Shown: positions 1 through 13,400 of the stretch, in pieces | How the letters are laid out: every line of letters begins with the position of its first letter | Position numbering within the stretch: the first letter of the stretch is position 1 | Assembly: GCA_051362555.1 (NCBI GenBank) | Contig: CM120640.1 | Location: 41,890,788 to 41,954,787, forward strand | Reading direction: 5' to 3' | DNA length: 64,000 bases | Origin: Lingula anatina | Lineage: Eukaryota > Animalia > Brachiopoda | Notes under the pieces: model-generated | Told to the model about the DNA's origin: nothing | Databases searched by the model: none | Seen by the model: only the letters and a program-made list of their open reading frames with translations | Translations under genes and position numbers: made by a program

Positions 1-596
1 GTCAACTACTCATATAAAGGATTAAACAATGAATTAGATCTATTTCTCATAATATTATGAAGAAATTTCTATCAGAAATCAGTTTAATCCTTTATGTGTC
101 TGTTGTGAATCATTCATAACGTCGACCTTTCCTTCTTGTTTTCCATTAAAATTTCTTTATATCTGAACTTTTTTCTCTATAAATCTACGTGGTCTTTATT
201 TCGTTACTAGACCTATTTTTCACTTTTTTGTGTCCTCGCCTTTTCGATTACGGAAATTTTCTAACCTAACAATATTTCATCGTTGACGTATCCATTTTTA
301 GAGTTCGTTAAGTTCAATTAGGCCAATATACCTAAAAATCATTAGGTCTAATGTTTTTATTTCATAACAATAAACAATGCAAGTAAAAACAATCACCGGG
401 ATGCTCGATAACAAGAAGATAATTGTATAATTGAGTTTATAGTAAAACACGACGTAATGAAAACTTTCACCAAAGTTTTTTCAAATTTATCGTAGTGATT
501 TGCATCAGTTTTGTTCTTGGATATTATATCACAAACGTTTATGCCACCACTACATTTAAATTTCCAGGCGTTCGTACGAAATTTAACGTTCATCAT

Positions 597-2270
597 CTAC
601 GTGGTATCTGGACACACGTCGTTCACGGTTAATGAATCTAGTCTTTTTCCCTTCAAAAAGTTTGGAGACGCGCATGTTGTAACATGGTCATTGACAAAAG
701 CTACCCAGTTTATGCCCTTTGGTTTTGGCCCTTTCACTTTCTGAATCCAATTGATCATAAACTTTGTTTCTGGAGTACAGGAGCAATTATAAGGGTTGTT
801 GCTGAGGTCTCTGAAAAAGATTGAAGATAGCGTGGAGCAGTTTTAACTTCAGTGACGATTTTTACTTTCAGTTATATCGAAACCCAATGAAGTAAAACTC
901 AGAACAGCAGTGCATATCTAAATTGTCTGTCACGAAAATAACCGATATCCAAATGAAAAGATTACATTTTAAAACATTGTAGTTGCTTTTTAAAATATTT
1001 AATATCATACACATGTATGAAGTCAATTGTCATAATAATTCTAAATTGTAAAATTTCAATTATGATAAGGAATGCATGGTCAGGCATATTGTAGTGCATG
1101 TGTACTCGGCAAGTTACTTACACTGCCATCAACTTGGTGAGTATAGCTGCTGTCTCCTTGTTTATGTTGAAAATATTGTTTTTATTCAGATACCTGATGC
1201 AAAGATAACATATATATAAATATATCATACAAAACAAGTGCTTAAACTAAATTAGGATGTGTATTTTTAAATAGTTTTTAAATGTCGACGAAAAGCCGTG
1301 CTTGTTAACAATATCGTACATGTTCCACAAAAATAATATTTTTATCTTTTATTCTGAAACATGTTTCTGTAAAAATTGATAACAATCATGTTCTCATCAT
1401 TCTGATCAGATTACTTACAAGGTGACTAAATGCGGCAGTTTATCAAATATACTCTTCTCTAAGGCGATAAGATGATTTCCTGCAAGACTTCTGCAAAATA
1501 AAAAAAAAAACAGTGTATATGTACAATGTTAAAAAAGAAAATAGGCCAAATTTTCTTCTCTAAAAAAGAAATTAATTAATTAATAGATTAATAAAAAAAT
1601 AATGCTAATAAATAAAAAAATAAAAATAAAAATAAATAAAATAAATAAATAAAAACAATGTGTCACATAAGATTTTCAATCTAGACAAATTGACTTTTTG
1701 TACAAGAAACTATTGAGTAATTGACCATTTTCTTATCTAAAAAAAAGGAACTGCAGGGATTAAACAAAAATTACAAATCTGTCGTCTGTGTCGCAATTCC
1801 TTCTGGGACCTTCGTCAATCCATTAACTCCACAATTTGTTTTATACGCCTTTTTTGGGCTGAAATATTCGGTATTCAACGCTTGACATTCGCAATTCGGT
1901 GGGCAGGGCATATCTGATGGATCAAACACAGATCGAGGTTAGTGAAAGTAATAATAAGAAAACAGTGCTAAACGACAGACATAACAAAGAAAAATGTTAA
2001 ATTACACTGAGGGTAAACTCAAAATTATCCTAGTTCTTAATGAAAAAAAAAAAAAACAGATATGAAAAATCAGTGGATAAAAGATTGAAAAATAAAAACA
2101 CAGCCTGCGTTAAGTACATGTAGTTTGTAGTAAAACATTGACAAATAAATATCACGTGCTGATATATTGGCCAGAGGGAAAAGAAATGCTAAATAGCTAA
2201 AGAAACCCTTATCACATTTGGCCTCTGTTCCTATCCATACAACAATGAAGACGTACTTCCACAACTGCAT
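597..2270 (-). CDS. Small secreted leucine-rich-repeat protein (signal peptide, LRRNT, about 3 LRRs, LRRCT), about 186 aa, 5 coding exons
   Basis: Exons 2270-2207, 1913-1775, 1490-1419, 1193-1122 and 810-597, with GT-AG boundaries and consistent phases. Translation: MQLWKYVFIVVWIGTEAKCDK (signal peptide); CPPNCEC...TNCGVNGLTKVPEGI (LRRNT); two 72-nt LRR exons (LSLAGNHLIALEKSIFDKLPHLVTL, LYLNKNNIFNIN); DLSNNPYNCSC...W...TCASPNFLKGKRL (LRRCT); TAG at 599-597. The first donor is weak (gtttct) and could instead lie at 2216. Confidence 0.8.
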
Positions 2271-2576
2271 GGCTATCACTAGTGCCTGTAAACAAAATTT
2301 AAAAAAGAATGATAAAGGGATTCATCTCTGATGTCACAACTTATGAAGCACTGAGATTATTGGTTCCAAACATCAACTACCTTATAACGTTGATATGTTT
2401 TACTTGATTGTAAACGTTAAAGCAACAGTACAACTGCAGTCAACGTAGTTTACATACTGTGATGACAAACACAGCTGATGAGTTTCTTCTGTGACATACT
2501 GTGATGGTATTGATTTTTTCCAAATGCCCAAAGGTATTCTTATGAATCGCCGGGCTTTCCAGACAAAGCCCCCGTG

Positions 2577-2580
<4 letters not shown>

Positions 2581-2619
<39 letters not shown>

Positions 2620-2627
2620 GTGTGTGT
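2581..2627. repeat. (TG)n microsatellite
   Basis: Visible dinucleotide run. Confidence 0.95.
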
Positions 2628-3465
2628 TTGCACGCACCGATGTATTACTGTTTGCATTAATCGGTGACAAATAAACATATTATCTACATGTTTAAATGTA
2701 CAGTATGTTTTGTTTGATGCCAACAAATAAGCACATTCATACGCCCAATATATATGACCAACCTTAAGTTATTACAGTCTGGTAACAGTACTTGAATTAC
2801 CTGTGCTGCTGATTAAGGTGACCTTATTTGTTGTCAACTAACAAATTCGTATATCACATGGAAAACATGTCTCTGACCTATTTGTATACCAGATTAACTA
2901 TGCATTTTACCTGCGTTGCCTCAGTTTCGTGAATGGCGATCTACGTGATAGATAACGGCAGTAAAACTAGACGGAACTAGCACGCTTGCTTTCTGCACAA
3001 TTAATGGAGAAAAAACGACACCAAGGACAAGGCATTGCAGATTATATACCACTTCCAACTGAAGAAAGGTGACTAACGTGTTTTCTGTTCATGCATTCTA
3101 AAGGTATTGCCTTGTACTTACCCTAAGAGGAGTTGTACATGTATATACTCGTTGTCCTAATAAGTTGAAAGTAGGTTAAACAGTGCATCTGTATATATTA
3201 GGACGTGGGTTCATGATAGTAATCGGACGGTTCATTGGTCCGAATGTTCACTATATATGGAGCCATCAGACCAACGAACCCTTTTATTTAAAAAAGATGA
3301 TATTGTTACGATATTTCGGATCCGTGAACTTTCGGACTACGAGACGAATCCTGACAAATGCCATATTACCATAACCGCATATTCACGCGTCTCTACCTGC
3401 TCTTATATAAATGTAGATCCTCCTATGCCTACATGACATAAACTTATAATGAACGAAATTACTAA

Positions 3466-3675
3466 GACTGGGTTCCCATGCCTAGATCGATCCGTCTAAC
3501 TCCCTGGGAAGTCTCACTAAATTGCTATCAACATAACCGGCTTAAATGTCTGTCACGCCTACCGAATCAGCTAAGGGGTAAAGATAATTACCCCTAACAG
3601 ATTTACTAGTTGATAGCAATTTAGTGAGACTCCCCAGGGAGATAGATCGATTCAAATATCTGTGGGAATGGTCCC
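3466..3675. mobile_element. PIF/Harbinger-type MITE, family A copy 1
   Basis: Flanked by TAA (3463-65 and 3676-78). Internal inverted segments ccctgggaagtctcactaaattgctatcaac / gttgatagcaatttagtgagactccccaggg and AGATCGATC motifs. Similar to copies at 39122, 39589 and 61027. Confidence 0.75.
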
Positions 3676-3678
3676 TAA

Positions 3679-3871
3679 CAGGTTTCCATCTATCGTACTA
3701 ACAAGATCGATCTAACTCCGAGGGCATTCGGCTTAAATGTCTGTCACGCCCACTGAAGGTGCTGGGGAGTAATTAAATGTCGTGCACGCTTAAACTGAGA
3801 GCAATTTAACGAGAATCCCCTCTAGAAATAGATCGATCCTGCTAGAACGATAGGGATATGTGAATGATCCC
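3679..3871. mobile_element. Degenerate MITE family A copy 2, directly adjacent to copy 1
   Basis: Shares ggcttaaatgtctgtcacgcc and agatcgatc with copy 1; ends gatccc followed by TAA. Confidence 0.6.
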
Positions 3872-4121
3872 TAAAATTTTACTCTTCCGCAAACTTGGAT
3901 TACATCATTATCTAGATTTAGAAAGAATGTTAACAGCTATCAAAACATCTACTTAAAAAGCGATATGTATGTAAGCAAAAACTGATCCAGAGTGGAATAC
4001 ATGTACTGTATTTTAGATGATTATCTTATTCTGCTTATTACTTATTCTTATTTTTTCTGCCACCAGAGACACCCAGAGCACAGGGATAAAATATCCATCA
4101 AAACTGACCTACAGAGGTGAA

Positions 4122-7100
4122 ATGGCACGTCGAATGACAAAAGGACTGAAGCCTACTTGTATGAAAAAATGTGGCATAATTCTCATCCTGACTGCTGTTA
4201 TCATTGCGATTATTGCGAAACTCTACTTTGAAAAAATAACCATAGACCAACCAAATTACAATCCAGTAGAGGGGTCTACACCTCCCATGGGGTGGAATTC
4301 ATGGAATCACTTTCAATGTGATGGTTTAAATGAAAGTGTGGTTAAAGAAACAGTGGACCTGTTAATCTCCAGTGGCTTGGCCAAAGCTGGCTACAAGTAT
4401 GTAAATTTGGATGGTAAGTGAGAGTTCTATTACCGTTATTTGGTGACTTTGCAAAAAAAGAAAGGTGCTATAAAATAGTCCATACCTGAATATGTTTTAA
4501 TAATTTCGAATAGATTTATCTTCTTCTCATTTTTCAATGTATTCTGGAATTTTACATTTTAAAATAAGGTCTCAAATAGCTGTCGAAATAAGTAAATGTC
4601 TTCCATCTGTGTGTAGACTCATCACTTACTTTCTGTACTATTTTTATGTCCTCTCAGATTGTTGGCAGCTGACTCGGAATGAAAATGGGGTTATCCAAGA
4701 AGACCAAACAAAGTTTCCCAACGGAATCAAGACACTGGCAGAATATGTTCACTCTAAAGGTCTGAAGTTTGGACTTTATACCTGTGTGGGCACTTTAACG
4801 TGTGGAAGAAGACCAGGTAGCTATGGGTACGAGGTAGGCTATATTTAATACCCAGTGGGCACTCAACGTTGATTCAACATTGAGGATAGGTTGAGATGAT
4901 GTTGATCCATCAATATTGATAGATCAACAAGATCTCAACATTGAATCAACCTTTTCTTGTCAACCAATTGTCAATGTTGATAGATCAACAGGGTCTCAAC
5001 ATTGATTTAACCTTTCTTTGTCAATCAATTTTCAATGTTGATAGATCAACAGGATTTCAACATTGAATCAACCTTTTCTTGTCAACCAATTGTCAATGTT
5101 GATAGATCAACAGGGTCTCAACATTGATTTAACCTTTCTTTGTCAATCAATTTTCAATGTTGATAGATCAACAGGATTTCAACATTGAATCAACCTTTTC
5201 TTGTCAACCAATTGTCAATGTTGATAGATCAACAGGGTCTCAACATTGATTTAATCTTTCTTTGTCAATCAATTTTCAATGTTGATAGATCAACAGGATT
5301 TCAACATTGAATCAACCTGTGTTTGTAAACCCTTTGTCAATGTTGACATATCAACTGGATCTCAACATTGGGTCAACCTTAACTTTATAACCTTAATCAT
5401 AACCTTGATAATAGTTTTAAATGATTATCTCACTAGAAAGGTATGCATAGGGGTAATTACCCCTCATAAAATGCTTGTTTTATCCCTTTTTCATTAAAGC
5501 AATAATAACTCTTCCTTTGAGATTCAAAATTCCGCATGAAATACATTGTAAACAACGCATGGAAATATATTCTATTGTATTTTACCACTAAAACGGCCGT
5601 AATTGTAGTAAAACTAAAATCTGTGCTTGTCAATAGGGCTTTCGATGCTTTTCTTCCCGGTCATCAAGGCATTGGTTGCTAATGACGTAATGGTGTCACG
5701 CGGATTCTCGCGTTCATTCGAGACCAAAATAACATATGGCGCCAAACGCATTAATGCAGACGCAGACGTAAGTTGCGAGTTTTTGTACAGTGCGTCGGAT
5801 AACGAAAAGCCCAGAATGGCACACATTGTGGATATTAATGTATTTTTAACAAAAAGACGAATATATCTCATGAATCTTATATAGTGTTGTTGTTGTCTGC
5901 TTTTCCCGCGGTTTTAAGTAGGTCAACAGTGACTATGCGATGTCAGAGAGAGCTCCGTCAGTTAAAATCTCTTAAGAGATTTTAACAAAAAAACCGTACG
6001 TTTAGGAAAAAAAAACCTGGATTAACTTTGAATGCAGGAATGGGGTCGCTGACCATTGGTAAGTACGGGAAAATTGCCGTTTACTCCAGGAAAATCCAAT
6101 TTTTGGCCAAAATGAAGGGTTATTATGACTTTAAAATTAATTTTGTGAAAAAAGCGGTCGTCAGTTTTTTAAAACTTTCCAGATTTGATGTTCAGGTTAA
6201 TTTTAAGAAAAAGAAAAAAACATAGGGTCACCAGCCTTACTTTATGGCAAATTGACAAAATTTTACTCAAGGTTGAAGAATAAGCTTGAAAAAGCCAAAA
6301 ATGCGTGTTTTTCTGGAAATTTAAGTTAGCTGTGAGAAAAAATTAGACTGGTCACCCTTTGTTTTTGTATTCTTAAAATTATCTTAACTACCTGATGTGA
6401 CGTAATAATTATTTTAGTAAAGCTAATTTGTTGTTTCATTTTTATGAGTAATTACCGTATGTGCCTGCATACTTGTATAATGTAAATGAAGTGCGGGACT
6501 GTTATTAAGTGCGAGACTCCGGATAACATGAACTGATGCAACACGTGAGTGTGGACAGTGTGTAACACTTTTACAGTACAAAAACTGTACTTTATTAACA
6601 GTACTTTGTGAGGCCACACTATCAGGAGGATTGTTCAACAGATAAGGACATGGAAAACAGTGACATTGCGTCTTCAAAACCCCACACTATCAGGAGGATC
6701 GTTCAACAGATAAGGATATAGAAAACGGTGACATTGCGTTTTCAAAAACCCACACTATCAGGAGGAACGTTCAACAGAAAAGGACTTGTAAAACTGTGAC
6801 ATTGCGTCTACAAAACTTAACTGTCTACGAATCTGTTAGAATTTAACTGTATTTGACAAATGTTAAAGTTTATGCAACATGATAGTATTACATGTAGTTA
6901 GTGTATGTATTGTATGTTCATTGTTTGTAATATATTATATTCATAGTTAAATTAGTTGTTGTTTATGTTTTTTTATGTTTGGGCTGTTTTGGTCCGTAAC
7001 ACTGAGCATCAAACTGGAAAGTTTAAAAAGAATCTGACGACCCATAGGTGGATACAGGGGCCGGTCTTGGGGTCTGGACCCCCCTTTTCTTCCAAAATTA

Positions 7101-10100
7101 CCTTTTTATGTACAGACACAGATGTGTCTGTACATATAGCCGTCATCTGCGTCTGTCGTCGCCGTCGCCGTCGTTGCCGTCGTCGCCGTGCACTTTTACC
7201 GATAACACGATAAGTGGAAAACTGTTTTTTCTTTTGGCTTGAAACTTACAGAACTGATGAATATTCATAATACGCAGGTCAAGTTCGAAAATCAGCATGA
7301 TCGGGCCACTTATAGGGAATTTATGCTGTTTTTTCACTTTTTCCAGCATATATGCAGCACCGATAACACGATAAGTGGAAAACCGTTTTACCTTTTGGCT
7401 TGAAACTTACAGAACTGATGAATATTTATAATACGCAGGTCAAGTTCGAAAATCAGCGTGATTGTGTCATTTTTAGTGAATTTAGGGTATTTTTTTCTCT
7501 TTTTTCAGCATATATACAGCACCGATAACACCATAAATGGAAAACCATTTTACCTTTTGGCTTGAAACTTACAGAACTGATGAATATTCATAATACGCAG
7601 GTCAAGTTCGAAAATCAGCGTGATTGGGTCATTTTTAGTAAATTTAGGCTATTTTTTCTCTTTTTTCAGCATATATATACAGCACCGATTACACCATAAA
7701 TGGAAAACCATTTTACCTTTTGGCTTGAAACTTACCGAACTGATGAATATTCATAATACGCAGGTCAAGTTTGAAAATCAGCATGATTGGGTCATTTTTA
7801 CTGAATTTAGGCTATTTTTTCACTTTTTTTCAGCATTTTTGCAACACTGATAACACAATAAATAAAAAGCTGTTTTACCCTTTGGCTTGAAACTTACAGA
7901 ACTGATAAATATTCATAATACACAGGTCGAGTTTGAAAATCAGCATGATTGGATCACTTTTATGGAAGTTAAGCTGTTTAGTTTCACTTTTTTCAGCATA
8001 TATGCAACACTGATAACACGATAAGTGAAAAACAGATAGGCCAATTGTCATAATACTCATAGGAGTGGCCAATCTTACTAAAACGAAGGTTGACTTGGAA
8101 AATCAGCATAATCGGTCCATTATTTTAGAAGTTATGCTGTTTTTTCACATTTCCTCACATTCAATTCTTAGGCATGTTAACAGTCTCATTATTTAACTTA
8201 TAAGATACGTAAAAGTGTTTGTTTGGCATTTCCTGCATCTTTACAACATTGTTAGTTGATTTTGTAAAAATGATAGTAAACCTGTTATAGTGTATTGTGT
8301 AATAAAGTGTCAAAAATGGAAATAAACACATATCATTGCAGTTTGTCAGATTCAATCATCCACTATGTTCAGAATATCATAATGGAGGAAATTGGACATA
8401 TAACACTGTCTTATTGATATTTTCCCATCTCATCAATTTTCTTAGTTGGTCATATAAAAATGGCAGTAAACTGTTTATTTTGTTTTATGTTTAAAAAGTC
8501 TTAAAAATGGTAATAAACCCATTTCAGAACAGTGCTGTCTTGTTTCACTTTTTTCAGCATTTATGTAGCACCGATAACAAGATAAGTAAAATACTGTTTT
8601 ACTTTTTGGCTTGAAACTTACAGAACTGATTAATATTTATAATACGCAGGTCAAGTTTGAAATTCAGCATGATCTGGCCAATTTTAGGGAAGTTATGATG
8701 TTTTTTTTTTTTCAAAATTTTCAGCATTTTTGTAACAGGATCAGTGTAAAAATGTTTTTCTTTTTAGATTGAAACTGATGAATATTCATAATACGCATTT
8801 CAAGTTTGAAAATTGGCTTGATTGGACTATATTTACAACTGTTATGCTGTTTTTTTCCTTATTCAGCATATATGCAACACTGATAACACATTTTAAGGAA
8901 AACCAATCAGCCTTTTGTCTTGCAACTCACAGTAGTGATTAGTCTGACTAGTATACAGATCAAGTTTGAAAATAAGCTTGATCAGTTAAGTTTTGATGAA
9001 GTAATTAGCCTTTTTGTATATAAGTGTTTTTTTTCTTCAGATTTAATTCTTAGGCATGTTAACAGTCTCAATATGGAACTAATTAGATATGTAAAAGTGT
9101 TGTTTTGACATTTTCTCCTTTTTAACAAAAATGATGGTAAACCTGTTATCATGCATTGTGTAATAAAGTATCAAAAACGGAAAGGAACTCATCATTGCAG
9201 TTTGTCAGATCCAATCATTCACTATGTTCAGAATCTGCAAATGGAGCAAATTGGACATTTAAAATTGTTCTATTGATATTTTTCCTATGTCGACAATTTT
9301 CCTAGATCATTTAAAAATGACAGTAAATTGATTATTCTGTTTTATGTAAAAAGGTGTTGAAAATGGAAAGAAAATCATTTCAGTACAGTTATCTCTTGTT
9401 TACATTTTGGCATTTTGAATTTTGAACTTTGAACTTCCATGGTCTTGAAGACCTTCCCATATCACATTTTCTGAATATCCATGATACTTTTATTTTTTTT
9501 ATAAGAAATTGATGGTCATTATGCTGTTAAGTATTGTGTTATATTGCATGAAAGTTGAAGAAACCTGTATTTTGGACACTGCTGCCAGGATAGCGATTAA
9601 GGGAAAACCATGTTACTTATGATACTCAAATTTACTGAAAAGTTTCATAAGACTGAAGTGCAGCTTGTGTTGGAAAACCAGTGTGATTGTTTTCTGTTTT
9701 GGAAGCAATGCAGTTCTATAGAGTGAACTATGGTGCAATAAATGTATATGGCAGTATATTAATTCAGGGTCACAAACTAATTTGCTTAATTAATTTTCAA
9801 GTGGCCATTAAATGAGATTACATAAAACACACGATGAGATTTCATTGTAAAGTCCCCTGGGTATATCTCTCTTAACTGTGTCACATAATTAGGAATCAAT
9901 GATTATTGTGCAGGTAAATGTTAGTAATTAGACAGCTAGATTTAAAGTTTGAATAGCAGCTTTATTGGAATTTTTTGTTTTGTTTTATTTTACATTTTCT
10001 TTTAATTATTTTTCAAACACTAGCATCTTCAAGATATCACTTTCAACTCCCATCCACCAGAAGCACTGTGCATTTTCTGTTTTTCCACATAAGGAGTTGT

Positions 10101-10410
10101 GTTGGTTTTTATGTCTTTAAACATTGTGTAATTATATTATTTTATGCACTGTCATCTTTTTTCACATATTGGGATTTTCATTATGTGAATTTGAACTCTC
10201 ACATATGGTCCTGAAACTGTAATCTTATTGACCATGTTATTCTGTTGTACATTTTGTGAAATTTTATCTTTCACATACTGGAATTTTCATTGTGGGACTT
10301 ATAACTCCCAAGGACATGTAACATTTAACTTTTATTGATACTACCTGTTGTGCAATATTTGCAACTTGACTGTTCTTTTTGGCAAATAATTAATTTTCTT
10401 TCTAAAAAGT

Positions 10411-10450
<40 letters not shown>

Positions 10451-13400
10451 TTATAATCTCTTAAGATATTATTACAAAGTATAGCCATCTATGGATGTCA
10501 CATGGTCTGATGAAAAGTTCAGATATCAGAATAATAGCTATGACTGCCCTTTTTGTAGTAAAACAAAATATATATTTCTGCGAGTTGTTTACACTGTTTA
10601 AACTCAAGTTGGATGATTCATATCATGGTTATGCACCTAGACTGAATGGCAGCTTTAGTGGAATATTTTTGTAATTTTTTCTTTAATTTTTAATTTTTCA
10701 AACTGGCATTTTTAAGATGTTTTCACTTTTCAGCATATATGCAACACTGTAAACACATTTCAAGAAAAAAACGATAGGCCTGTTGTCATGAAACTCGCTG
10801 GGGTAATGGATCTCACTAAATTGAGGTCAAGTTCGAAAAGCGGCATGATCGGGCCACTATTTTAGTAGTTATGCTTTTTTCCCCACTTTTCAGCATATAT
10901 GCAACACTATAAACACAATATAAGGAAAACAGATAGGCCAATTGTCATTAAACTCACAGGAGTGATCAATGCTGCTAAAACACAGGTTGAGTTCGAAAAT
11001 CAGCATAATCGGGCCATTATTTTAGAAGTTATGCTGTTTTTTCACATTTCCTCACATTCAATTCTTAGGCATGTTAACAGTCTCATTAGTTAACTAATAA
11101 GATACGTAAAAGTGTTTGTTTGACATTTCCTGCACCTTTACAACATTGTTAGTTGATTTTGTAAAAATAATGGTAAACTTATTATCGTGTATTGTGTAAT
11201 AAAGTTTCAAAAGTGGAAATAAACTCATGTCATAGCAGTTTGTCAGATTCAATCATTCACTATGTTCAGAATCTCAGAATGGAAGAAATTGGCTATTTAA
11301 CACTGCTCTATTGATATTTTTCTTAGTTGATCATATAAAAATGGCAGTAAACTGTTAATTTTGTTTTATGTTTAAAAAAAAAACATTTCAGAACAGTGCT
11401 GTCTTGTTTACATTTTGGCATTTTCAATTTGTGACTTTGAAGTTCCATGGGCCTGAAGACCTTCCCATATCACATTTTCTGAATATCCATGATACTAATA
11501 TTTGATTATTAAAAAATTGATGGTCATTATGCTGTTAAACGTTATGTAATATTGCATCAAAAAAACTATTTTGGGCACTGCTCCCATGATGACCATTTAA
11601 GAAAAACCAGGTCGGTTCTCAAACTTGCAGGAAAGAAACATGCGACTAAAATACAATAGGCAATGCAGTCTGTTTGGTAATTCTTACTGCCAGTTAAACA
11701 GTTTTTTTTGTGAAAATTTAATTCTTCACAAGATATGCTTGAAGACCTGTGCTAGTCACATTTTCTGAAAATCCATAATACGTTTATTTTATTTTCAAAA
11801 GTTGACGGTCTTTATGCTGTTAACCATTATGTAATATTGCATCAGAATAGAAGAAAACACAATTTTGGGTGCTGCTGCCATGATGACCATTATGGGAAAA
11901 CCATGTTATTTATGATTGCCAAACTTTCAAAAAAGAAATACAGGGCTAAAATGCAGACCGAGTTGGAAAAGTAGTCTAATTGGCTTCTTTTTCTGGAAGT
12001 TATACATTTTCAAAGTGTGAACTTGAACTCCCATGGGCCTGAAGCCTTATGCTTGTTACACATTTTACTTACATTGGTATTACCTGTTGAGCATAATTAA
12101 AATTTAATGTTGAATTTGCAGTTCAACATAATGTACTTTTGCATCAGAATTGACAGTAGCCTATTTTGTGCATAGTTATTTCCTGTTTTTTGTCTGTACA
12201 TTTGACAGCTTTGCTGCCTTGTTTGTAGGTAATTTTCCAAATTTCCCCCCTTTTCAGATCTGAGTCTTTTTATTTTAAGAAATGCTTGATGTCTTGGAGA
12301 ACACCTTCATCCCTCAGGCAAATTTCAATCAAATATCCTGATAGCCTAATTGATATATCAACATTAATGCAATTTTCAAATTCAACTTGATTTCAACATT
12401 GATTCAACATTGAGGTATCAATGTTAATTCAACATTGATACCTCAAGGTTGATTTAACCTTGATGGTTCAACATTGATTCAACTTTCATAGTCAACGTCA
12501 TATCAACAAAGTTTCAACGTTGACTGTCAACATTGATTCAACATTGATACCTCAAGGTTGATTCAACCTTGATGGTTCAACGTTGAGTCAACTTTCATAG
12601 TCAACGTCATATCAACATAGTTTCAACGTTGACCGTCAACGTTGATTCAACATTGATACCTCAAAGTTGATTCAACCTTGATGGTTCAACGTTGAGTCAA
12701 CTTTCATAGTCAACGTCATATCAACATAATTTCAACGTTGACCGTCAACGTTGATTCAACATTGATACCTCAAGGTTGATTCAACCTTGATGGTTCAACG
12801 TTGAGTCAACTTTCATAGTCAACGTCATATCAACATAGTTTCAACGTTGACCGTCAACGTTGATTCAACATTGATACCTCAAGGTTGATTCAACCTTGAT
12901 GGTTCAACGTTGAGTCAACTTTCATAGTCAACGTCATATCAACATAGTTTCAACGTTGACCATCAATGTTGAGTCAACATTGATTCAATGTTGATTTGCC
13001 CGCTGGGTAGTAATAGGTAAATTGCTCATTGATAAATAGATTAAAATATACATATATAAAATATCCTTTGTACTGATAAAAGGACTGTGCAAGGAAGACA
13101 CTTGAAGAAATTTCTTTGGGCTTTCAACTATTTTTGTGCTCGGTGACGATGACTGCATCATGCTCTAATTTAAAAATGCCTCATAATTTCGTTAATAAGA
13201 CTGCGTAAACTCTGTAGTGCATTCCTTGCAATATTTGAGCAGGTGATAAAAATGCCATCATTCAAAATGATTGTAACGTGCTTTAGTTATTATATGGGCC
13301 GGCAGGCTTTCATAAAAAAAGCAGGACTTGAGAAAATATTGGCACCCTCCCCTTACACATTGTTAGGACTTAGTAAACAGCAATTTCGCAAAGTTCATCA

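Larger units (their letters stand above)
4851..13007. mobile_element. Non-autonomous CMC/EnSpm-like DNA transposon (8157 bp) in intron 2 of the galactosidase
   Basis: Left end CCCAGTGGGCA at 4851 and right end TGCCCGCTGGG ending at 13007. TA on both sides (4849-50, 13008-09). Subterminal arrays of the TCAAC(A/G)TTGA motif at both ends. No transposase ORF. Confidence 0.85.

Noticed and set aside
2400-2726. HT-repeat ORFs (likewise the IY-repeat ORF at 35480, ER-repeat at 38053 and VC-repeat at 23202)
   Set aside because: These are translations of dinucleotide microsatellites.
4905-5380. Regular palindromic repeats resembling a CRISPR array (also 12400-12990)
   Set aside because: There are no unique spacers and no cas genes, the context is a eukaryotic intron, and the units are subterminal arrays of a TIR transposon.
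5614-5884. Overlapping 85-aa ORFs as possible transposase remnants
   Set aside because: No recognisable transposase motif; they lie inside a short non-autonomous element.
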